64,000 bases of DNA from a virus, in IMG/VR virus record IMGVR_UViG_3300023184_000072, positions 1 to 64,000 of that record. The stretch is one strand, 5' to 3'. Under the pieces are notes generated by a model, which was not told the DNA's origin, did no database searches, and saw nothing but the letters and a program-made list of their open reading frames with translations. The first letter of the stretch is position 1. The number at the start of each line of letters is the position of its first letter. Below are positions 55,501 to 62,459 of the stretch, in pieces. The position numbers and the translations under genes were made by a program.

Positions 55501-57104
55501 TACTTACCATTTTCTATTGTAGGAGTAGCACTTTCAAATGCTGGACTTACAAGAATGTCAGGAAACTTATGGTGTCTAATAGGTTTATTTGCTAGGTCTC
55601 CCCACAAAGCTACATTACAAGGATAGGTTTCTTCTGATTCCCAATAAGCAAATTCGCCATATTCATGTGGTGTTGCATTACCAATTGGAAGTCCAGTAGC
55701 TTGCCCTATTACAGTTGCTGTATTATATATCTTCCAATAAGGACTATATCCAATCCCTGTTGAAGGATCTATAGTGGTAGGTTCACCTATGAAGTCAGCA
55801 TTAGTAGTTGGAATATCTGGAAGCTGTAAATCATTATAATTTAATACTCTTCCAGGAATATGAAAACCATCTGTTTGTTTACCATTAGCTAATAAAAATA
55901 CTATTTCAATTGCATATATTTCATCACGTAGATATCCACGTAAGTTTGTAGCATTCACTTCATCAGCATAACTTTCTGTTGCAGGTAATTTATATGTTTG
56001 CCATTTAAGATCTATTTGACTAGCAATAGATTGGTAATTAATTCTATCTATAGATGTAAGATTATCCCATACAAGAATATCTTGTACAGCTGTAAGATCT
56101 TGTGCTATTTCATAATAAGGATATTTTTCAAATATATCTCCAATACTTAATGTTGCAGTGGTTACATCTTCTCCTGTGTACGTAATCTTTTTAGTTGAAG
56201 AACTAATAGAATAAGTTCCTACTAAATTAACAGATGTGGATGCATTCACTGTTTTTACAACAGCTAAGTTAAAATATCTAAATTCTCCTGAAACATCTAA
56301 ATTACTAACTTGTACTACAACAGATTTACCAACTTCATAATCAAAATTAAAATCTGTAATATGTGTATCAACTATAGGACAAGGATTTGTAACAGAATAA
56401 TAAGATGTATATCCATTACCAGAAACATCACAATATTGAATTGCAAATTGAACTGTTCCTGCTTTTAAATTTCCACCACTAATAACTTTTGTAATACTTA
56501 AATCAGGAATGTTAAAATTAGGTTGTAATTTTATTCTATTACAATCTAAATTACCTACATCATATACAGGATCACATAAAGAAGTTCCAGATAATAATTT
56601 CCAAGGAATATTTTCAAGAGTGATATCCATATATCTTCTTGGATTATATCCATCTGTCCAATATATTTCTGTTGTACAATTTGTAATTTTATGTACCACC
56701 TTATGTATAGGATAGTGTATATTAAAATTTAAACATGGAGCATTTGTCAATGTATTATAAATACAATCATTGTTTTCCATATATCCTATTTCAGAACCTC
56801 CTGTTGTAGGATTTGCTAAAAAGAATATATGTTTGTTTTTTTCATTAATAAAATAAGTTCCTATTAAAGCATATCCTGAAGGAAACTGTACACAGAATTC
56901 ATTACCTTGTTCATTCTGATAATTAACTGAACTAGAATCAAAGTTTTCTAAAGCTGCATTTAATGCATAGGTTAATTCTCCTGGCTTAACTTGGTTTATT
57001 GTATTATCCATGTTAAGTCCAGAAACAGCAACACCATATTCCATTTTGATATTGCTTTTATCTCCATCAAGTATTTTTTTAATTTGATCTAATTCGTCTG
57101 CCAT
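52590..57104 (-). CDS. Tail stabilization (muzzle-like) protein, main part (1504 aa)
   Basis: GLN.D....Q......YALNA.....NE.GN, IYWTDG.NP.R, GY.RDEIYA..I, IRHHKFP, RGDR..NKS..AKG, FGGDTFI.RF; downstream of the ring/IHF/Ttub genes. Confidence 0.75.
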   Translation of the reverse strand: MADELDQIKKILDGDKSNIKMEYGVAVSGLNMDNTINQVKPGELTYALNAALENFDSSSVNYQNEQGNEFCVQFPSGYALIGTYFINEKNKHIFFLANPTTGGSEIGYMENNDCIYNTLTNAPCLNFNIHYPIHKVVHKITNCTTEIYWTDGYNPRRYMDITLENIPWKLLSGTSLCDPVYDVGNLDCNRIKLQPNFNIPDLSITKVISGGNLKAGTVQFAIQYCDVSGNGYTSYYSVTNPCPIVDTHITDFNFDYEVGKSVVVQVSNLDVSGEFRYFNLAVVKTVNASTSVNLVGTYSISSSTKKITYTGEDVTTATLSIGDIFEKYPYYEIAQDLTAVQDILVWDNLTSIDRINYQSIASQIDLKWQTYKLPATESYADEVNATNLRGYLRDEIYAIEIVFLLANGKQTDGFHIPGRVLNYNDLQLPDIPTTNADFIGEPTTIDPSTGIGYSPYWKIYNTATVIGQATGLPIGNATPHEYGEFAYWESEETYPCNVALWGDLANKPIRHHKFPDILVSPAFESATPTIENGKYKVVMQNDSVYPLGINVDSYQIHSLIQTSSLTQEQKDNIVGFKIIRGDRSTNKSIIAKGILRNVGSYKRENQDYYYPNYPYNDLNVDPFIDETNNAWIQEAKPWIIYCYKGVTNDLTKVPTYVYTSLETGRPTTIEVPVGEMIEICSGTRPFANYPDTMYIGPANYDVWNTESIGCRGFHVQWNDPFTNNNSTYIYKDPWVKGNGWFAGGGDVYSRVNVDDAPGDDCSNRGINGDWSPVGCQCAYSKQKQGNVTSAPGVFDFGPGGDIYNPTIGRRSTKDCGKEIPIDSFNPAKKDLKYRQVFNSPETSFGQPFLGSILKLENVMYGAGTAHHVNVRSNAKYRLLSYEAQKDALNSSYNIAAITDPFNAIAMFTGYQTYLQLFINGILRKNYAYSYNSIASYDYSADIDNNVTVGNSTGIKQRELDLKQYLIPVVQSVGEPSGISINNYQRETSIYLKTLEKRNSNVVDPLLFPSETPSLLNGTIPYITDISRKTITDFDNCNSPENQKDITVVSYYASLKNVITNQWGQIYSYQTVDTGAQQIFNSPNYKSSFTVFGGDTFISRFAFKTKLPFFIDNRVNSPDDSEIFYDELGNIAYPKYWHSSRSILYDFNRDGRNFKNIISVKAHSFDCPTDPAKISEGIDGINGTYRTYYDGYFYLFAYGIPNFYCESSYNTDLRQAFNNREGDFWPHVTTGIPDNWVQETFVPITFDNTYHYNPTYSKQNKENYFSHLPADWTNQLCFTNYPFRAIYSDAQEQNVDVRVNNWLRYSPTALFDFPQNYGNLISLDGIQNKAVLARFENKSLLYNNLLTMNSTNPKAAYLGGTKLFGETPPIDFAETDLGFVGSQNKFFLKIPQGQVTVDAKRGQIFLIEGVKINEIGGFGSGVNRFMTDHLSFEIQRYFPKVDIDNNFNGIGLHGVYDSKFERVIITKLDYIPIDKDVKYDPVKREFYIETVYDIIQPTTTTTTTS

Positions 57105-57109
57105 AGTGA

Positions 57110-58084
57110 TTAGTTATTACGTCTTCTACCATATCTATTAGTACGGTTAGGAAGTTCATACATATTAAATCTATTCAAATCGTTTTTGATTCTTCTTTGT
57201 TTCTCCCAAGGAGTTTGTTTCTTAATTTCTATATCAGCCATAATGAATGATTCTTCATATGCTTGTTTATGATATACGAGTTTTTGTTGTAACTGATTGA
57301 AAGTTTCATCATTAGTTTGGTTAGTAAGCATTTCAAACACTTTAAACTTAATAAATGCTTCTACATATTCTCTTATACGATAGTTATCAGGAATCATTTG
57401 ATTTCCTATTTCATCATATTCTGTAGAATAGAATAATAAGTGAACTGTTCCATTTCTGAAATTTGTAACAAACTTATTATCTCTAATATCAAAACTATCA
57501 TAGCTAGCAGCTCCAGGAGTGAATTCATGAATAGGAGGAGCTTGAGCATACATTTCCCAATTGTTTGTATAGTCTACACCACAGTTTTGTCTTGCAGATA
57601 TATTTCCAGGTTTTAATAAATACTCATGAGTAAATTGTCTAGCTGTACTATTATTTGTTTTATAAACAGCTTGTACTAATTCTGGCATACATGTACCATC
57701 ACATTGTGGAACTTGACAACCAGGTCTGTTACAAGGTGTACCTCCAATAGTTAATGGAGCAATTTGTATAGTGGTTGCACTAGCTGCTTGAGAATAAAAT
57801 GAGTTAGCATCTTGATATGGAAAACCATTCACTGCTGTACACATCCAAGCTTCTCTTACAGCATAGAAGTTATCAGGAAGTCTAGCTTGAAAATCTTCTA
57901 TATAAAGAATCTCTTCACTTATAACAAATGTAGTTCTTCCTAACTTCTTTAGAGCTTTGTCTAAGTAAGTAGGAAATAAAAGATCATCTATTGCACCAGT
58001 ATCAAAATAACTTTTCAGTTCTTCTTTTACAGTTGAATAAATAGGTTCAGGCGATATAAAATTATATTTATAGTAGTAACTCAT
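57110..58084 (-). CDS. Tail tubular / ring protein (crAss Ttub-like)
   Basis: Position between the IHF-like and stabilization genes; A.LP..F, TNF..G.V.L.Y......G..MIPD pattern. Confidence 0.6.
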   Translation of the reverse strand: MSYYYKYNFISPEPIYSTVKEELKSYFDTGAIDDLLFPTYLDKALKKLGRTTFVISEEILYIEDFQARLPDNFYAVREAWMCTAVNGFPYQDANSFYSQAASATTIQIAPLTIGGTPCNRPGCQVPQCDGTCMPELVQAVYKTNNSTARQFTHEYLLKPGNISARQNCGVDYTNNWEMYAQAPPIHEFTPGAASYDSFDIRDNKFVTNFRNGTVHLLFYSTEYDEIGNQMIPDNYRIREYVEAFIKFKVFEMLTNQTNDETFNQLQQKLVYHKQAYEESFIMADIEIKKQTPWEKQRRIKNDLNRFNMYELPNRTNRYGRRRNN

Positions 58085-58090
58085 AATTTA

Positions 58091-58570
58091 TTATTTTTTC
58101 CATTCATGGTAAATATGTTGATACTTATCGCTGGTTTTTAAGTAGTGTGATAATAGTCTTGATGTAAGTCTAGAAGGTTTGAAATACCAAAGATCAGAAT
58201 GTTTAAATCTTGCTGTGTTTTTAAACCACATCCAACCAAAAAAGAATCCTTCTGTATGGTAATTGAAGTTATATATTACCTTTCCCTTCTCTTTAGTTTT
58301 TTGCCAATCTATTGGAAGATTAATAAACTCTTTCCCATCAGCATTTGTAATCTTTCTTCTTTTCTTTTTATTTATAGAGAACTCTCCAAACCCATAAGGT
58401 AGTTTTGCTTTATCACCTGTCTCTAATATATATTCTTTAAAAGATTCATTATAAGTGTAGGTAATGTTTCTCCATTCATCATATGTAAGTTTTATAGATG
58501 GATGTTTTTTACAAAACAAGTTGTAATTATCCTTACTTGAAGATCTCCATTCCACTTTAACTCTTGCCAT
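58091..58570 (-). CDS. IHF/HU-like protein (crAss structural-module type)
   Basis: I.ETG....LP.GFG.F.I.K, IDW.KT....K....N.HT.G, FKP.R; conserved position in crAss-like tail modules. Confidence 0.6.
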   Translation of the reverse strand: MARVKVEWRSSSKDNYNLFCKKHPSIKLTYDEWRNITYTYNESFKEYILETGDKAKLPYGFGEFSINKKKRRKITNADGKEFINLPIDWQKTKEKGKVIYNFNYHTEGFFFGWMWFKNTARFKHSDLWYFKPSRLTSRLLSHYLKTSDKYQHIYHEWKK

Positions 58571-58573
58571 TTA

Positions 58574-59302
58574 TTATGTGGTTGGTCCAGAATTAGGTGC
58601 TTGACCATCTAATCCTTGTTCAGTTTGATCTGTTTTAATATTGAAATATGTTTGCAATAGTTTCTTAGATGTTAACTCAAGGACTTGTTGTTCTAGATAT
58701 CCAGGAAGAGGAAACTCTTTATCTAATGGATTCATACATAATTGTTCATTTGTATAATCTGGAGTTCCACATCCACATTCTGGATATAAGATTTCATTAT
58801 CTACATCTTCTTCAAAAAATGCTACTAATCTAATTGATTTAATCATAGGATTATTTACATATAGATACTCATTAGTTATCCAGAAATATTCCTCATTTTT
58901 GATTATAGGAAGTTTTAAAAGATTGATATATCTATTGACAGTGATTTCTTTTAACTTCTTTCCTCTACCACTTAATGCATTAATAGAATAAACTCCTTGT
59001 ATTACATATTGGTAATTACCTTCTGATACACGTGGAAGTTTAAATTTAGTTCTAGCTATTGTGCATTCATCTACATAATTACAACATTCAGAAATAGGTA
59101 CTTCTACCATCTCTAAACAAGGAATGGTAGTAAATAATGTGTCAGTTGCCCAAAGCTTTCTTAGATTGGTTTCTCTCTTTATAAGTAATAAAGAATTGTT
59201 TCTTATTTCAGATGCAATTGCTCTATCGGTTATCAAAGAGTCAGTCGAAAGTATCTTGTGGACACTTCTAACATCTGATACTAATTTTCTTAATGTTGCC
59301 AT
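58574..59302 (-). CDS. Tail ring/neck structural protein (crAss gene73-like)
   Basis: LE.V...ECC...C.I.RT..KLP, YLY, D.EFP.P pattern; position upstream of the IHF-like gene. Confidence 0.55.
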   Translation of the reverse strand: MATLRKLVSDVRSVHKILSTDSLITDRAIASEIRNNSLLLIKRETNLRKLWATDTLFTTIPCLEMVEVPISECCNYVDECTIARTKFKLPRVSEGNYQYVIQGVYSINALSGRGKKLKEITVNRYINLLKLPIIKNEEYFWITNEYLYVNNPMIKSIRLVAFFEEDVDNEILYPECGCGTPDYTNEQLCMNPLDKEFPLPGYLEQQVLELTSKKLLQTYFNIKTDQTEQGLDGQAPNSGPTT

Positions 59303-59304
59303 AA

Positions 59305-60510
59305 TTATATTCGTTGTTCGAATTCAGCTATTTTACCAAGCTCCATATCATATACTAATGCTAGAGCAGCTCTTACTGAATGTACAAAATTATTATCTAA
59401 GTGCCATCTATCAGTTCCTGAAAGACTAGGCATTTGTTGTATTCTCACTCCTTTAACTTCTTTAGCCATATAGTGATGTTTATCACCTGTATGTACTTCT
59501 CTATATTTAGCATTACCAAATGCTTGACTATACTGAGGATGTGTTGCAAACAATAATGGTAAATCTTCTAACTTACAATTACCATGGTGCCAACCAATGA
59601 ATGTATTTCCTAATGTGATTCCTTTAATAACACTATGCTCTCTTATAAAATCTACATCAATAGCTTCTTTAAAGAATACATCTAATGCATGTGCTAAATA
59701 AAAAGATTTAGTTCTGTCATGATTACCTTGTACTAACACTACCACCACTTGACTTGCATATTGTCTTAACATATTAATAGTCTTAACTAAAATATCAAAA
59801 CCTAATTCATATTCTTCTGAATAATCCATTATAGTATCTTGTGGTGTACCATTTGTAGTTTGGTGTTGATAGTTATCAGTGTGGAAGAAATCATTTGATA
59901 TAGGTAACACTACAGTGTCTATATGATAATTAGATACCACTTTGTTAATCAAAGATTGAGCCACATCAAAATATCTTTGAGCTCTTGCTTGTGGACTGTT
60001 ATCACCATCTATTGTTTTCTTAGCTAAATGGTAATCAGCTATAGAGATTTCTACATTTACAACATCTTTAAAGTTTGGTACCTTATCAACTGTTATATTG
60101 TTTGGTTTGTAGTTTTGTAAAAACTTAGCAAAGTCTTCAGGAGAATAATCTTTTGCTTGTTTTAGTTTTGAAAAGACTGAGGAAGTAAACTTCCCACTTG
60201 GTAACATCTTAGACCAGTAGTTGGTTATGATGTATTTATCTAAGTTTATCTTATGTAGCTTGGCTAGTTCAATATCATCTTTAGGTTCAAAGTCTGATAT
60301 AATTGTACTTTCTATTGTACCTTTTTCAACATTCACTTTACGTTCTCCTGTATAATTTATTACAGGTTCACTATCTTTTTCTTTAAGCTCTTTCATGAGC
60401 TCATTCACTTCGTATTCACTTATTCCTAATTTCTCAGCATAGAATTTTTTACTTTTCTTCTGCGTTAACAACTCTTCTAATCTGTACAATAAACTTTGAT
60501 TTTCAGACAT
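59305..60510 (-). CDS. HTH + calcineurin-like metallophosphoesterase (Mre11/SbcD-like)
   Basis: N-terminal AEKLGISE HTH; D.H, NDFF, GNHD, HHG and GD.HH metal-binding motifs. Confidence 0.8.
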   Translation of the reverse strand: MSENQSLLYRLEELLTQKKSKKFYAEKLGISEYEVNELMKELKEKDSEPVINYTGERKVNVEKGTIESTIISDFEPKDDIELAKLHKINLDKYIITNYWSKMLPSGKFTSSVFSKLKQAKDYSPEDFAKFLQNYKPNNITVDKVPNFKDVVNVEISIADYHLAKKTIDGDNSPQARAQRYFDVAQSLINKVVSNYHIDTVVLPISNDFFHTDNYQHQTTNGTPQDTIMDYSEEYELGFDILVKTINMLRQYASQVVVVLVQGNHDRTKSFYLAHALDVFFKEAIDVDFIREHSVIKGITLGNTFIGWHHGNCKLEDLPLLFATHPQYSQAFGNAKYREVHTGDKHHYMAKEVKGVRIQQMPSLSGTDRWHLDNNFVHSVRAALALVYDMELGKIAEFEQRI

Positions 60511-60538
60511 ATGTATTTATATTAGTTAAAAAATATCG

Positions 60539-60571
60539 TAAAGATAAACAATAGTTTTTATATAATCCAAA
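60539..60571 (-). promoter_or_regulatory. Putative Bacteroidota promoter
   Basis: TTTG (60568-60571), 21-nt spacer, TATCTTTA (60539-60546). Confidence 0.5.
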
Positions 60572-60614
60572 TAATTTTAGTTAGAGAGTTAATTATTTAT
60601 AATTAAATTAGTTA

Positions 60615-60648
60615 TAAAACAAAAACTCCCCAAGAAGATCTTGAGGAG
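60615..60648 (-). terminator. Intrinsic terminator
   Basis: Minus strand CTCCTCAAGA-TCT-TCTTGGGGAG stem (one G-U pair) followed by TTTTTGTTTT. Confidence 0.75.
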
Positions 60649-60684
60649 AAACCTTGTAAAACCAACAAAACAAGGTTTTTTAAT

Positions 60685-60972
60685 TTATTCAGGTACTGTT
60701 GTAGATGTAGTAGTTGTACTTCTACTAAATGTAGTGGTTGTTGTAGTTGTTGGTTCAATTAGTACTATGTCAAAATAGTTATTACACTCTCCAGTAGAAA
60801 GTAATCTAATAGTTGTTGTACCATCAGGTACTAAATCTGAAGCATATCCACTTGTTAAATCTACTGTAGCAACAGCTGTTTCAAATGCTGTTGTATATAA
60901 ATCAACATTTGAATACAGATTAAATGGGCCTACATTAGCTCCAGCTAATGTTAATGTTATGAATACTGTCAT
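60685..60972 (-). CDS. Small GPF beta-module protein with Thr tail (95 aa)
   Basis: ITLT.AG..VGPFNLYS...V....L..GY....VPDGTT.IRL.S.G.C, then PTTTTTTT..STTTTSTT. Confidence 0.7.
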   Translation of the reverse strand: MTVFITLTLAGANVGPFNLYSNVDLYTTAFETAVATVDLTSGYASDLVPDGTTTIRLLSTGECNNYFDIVLIEPTTTTTTTFSRSTTTTSTTVPE

Positions 60973-60992
60973 TTTATTTTATTTTATTGATT

Positions 60993-62450
60993 TTAACCAA
61001 ATTTATAAACTTGTCCATCACCTTCACCAATATTTAATTGTTGTCCAGCAAAGAATTGACAAGTTCCAATTGCACGAACTGCTGACCAATCAGAATCTGT
61101 TCCACAAGATATTTTAACAAATGTAGTTGTACCTGCATATATTATCCAAACACCTCCAACATAACCTGGTGTTTTTTCACCAACACAAATTATATCTCCA
61201 TTAGGTGATGCTGATAAACTAGTCCAATATCCTGGTGATGTAGATAATGAAACAAATGCTCCAGTTCCTCCTGTTTGTTTCCAAACATTATAAGGACCAC
61301 ATATATACACATCTCCATTTGGTGCTACAGTGATATCTCTTGCTCCACTATATGCTGTACCATGATATGTAAATCCAGTTGCAGATACTACTCTTGTATA
61401 AATATTTCCAGAAGTATCAAGTGTCCATAATGTATCATATTGATCTACATATAATCCTGTCCAGTTAGCATTTCCAGCAAATGGAAAAATAGGAGTGAAT
61501 GAAGATGCACTAACAGTTTTTACATATAATGTACCACCATATCTTGCAGCATATATATTACCTAAAGAATCTGCAGCTATTGCAGCATCTAAACTATTTG
61601 ATGCTGGTACAGTAGACCAAGGACCACCTACAGGATATTTATAAACTGTACCACCTAGAGTACATCCATATAATGTACCATCTGTTGTTGTAGTTAATCC
61701 TTTCCATGTATTTACATTTGTAGAAAGCATGTTAACTGGACAATATTCACATGTTGTAGTGGTAGTAGTTGTACTACTTGTACTACTTGTAGATGTTGTA
61801 CTTGTAGAAGTTGTACTTGTAGTTGATGTACTAGAACTACTTGTAGTTGTAGTAGTTGATGGTGGTATAGTAGTGGTAGTAGTTGTTGTTTGACAAACTC
61901 CTAAAATACATGCAGGACCATTTGTAACTGTTACTAATGGTGCATGTGTCACTCCACAACATCCACAATAACTATTTGTAGCACCTACTTGTATTATAGT
62001 GTATTCAATTTGTCCTAAACAATTATTATATTCTATTTCTTGTATTGTTGGCTCTCCATTATAAAAAGTGACACAATTACAAGCTATTGTTGTACTTGTA
62101 CTAGTTGTTGTTGATGTAGAAGAAGATGAAGTTGTTGTAGTTGTAGGACAACAACAATTACAAGCTATTGTTGTAGTGGTTGTTGTTGTGGGACAACATA
62201 TATTTAATTGATCATTAATATTAATTATCTCTTCTGAAATAATCATCACCTCTTCAGTGATGTTTGTTACATCATCTATAAGTTCATTAATACTATTTGT
62301 TGCATTACATATAATACTATCAAATTTAACAAGAATATCATTTAATCCATCACATGGTTGTACACCTGTACAAGGAAGTGGAGTGCTATCATATCCAATA
62401 GCACTCGTTCCTATTATTGTTGTATTATTTATTTGAGGACAATTAGCCAT
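60993..62450 (-). CDS. Thr/Cys-rich fibre-like protein: coiled coil, Thr/Ser stalks, Cys module, C-terminal beta-propeller-like domain
   Basis: Heptad region, CCPTTTTTT repeats, long T/S run, repeated W..L....G.LY blades. Confidence 0.7.
   Translation of the reverse strand: MANCPQINNTTIIGTSAIGYDSTPLPCTGVQPCDGLNDILVKFDSIICNATNSINELIDDVTNITEEVMIISEEIININDQLNICCPTTTTTTTIACNCCCPTTTTTSSSSTSTTTSTSTTIACNCVTFYNGEPTIQEIEYNNCLGQIEYTIIQVGATNSYCGCCGVTHAPLVTVTNGPACILGVCQTTTTTTTIPPSTTTTTSSSSTSTTSTTSTSTTSTSSTSSTTTTTTTCEYCPVNMLSTNVNTWKGLTTTTDGTLYGCTLGGTVYKYPVGGPWSTVPASNSLDAAIAADSLGNIYAARYGGTLYVKTVSASSFTPIFPFAGNANWTGLYVDQYDTLWTLDTSGNIYTRVVSATGFTYHGTAYSGARDITVAPNGDVYICGPYNVWKQTGGTGAFVSLSTSPGYWTSLSASPNGDIICVGEKTPGYVGGVWIIYAGTTTFVKISCGTDSDWSAVRAIGTCQFFAGQQLNIGEGDGQVYKFG
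62073..62175. repeat. 22-nt exact direct repeat (acaattacaagctattgttgta) encoding TTIACNC
   Basis: Copies at 62073-62094 and 62154-62175. Confidence 0.8.
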
Positions 62451-62459
62451 GTTTTATAT

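Noticed and set aside
22990-57104. Stop-codon reassignment (TAG or TGA), as in some crAss-like phages
   Set aside because: ORFs of 1300-4200 aa are open in code 11, genes pack tightly, and TAG/TGA serve as real stops followed closely by or overlapping the next start (e.g. 40724, 28053, 22514)
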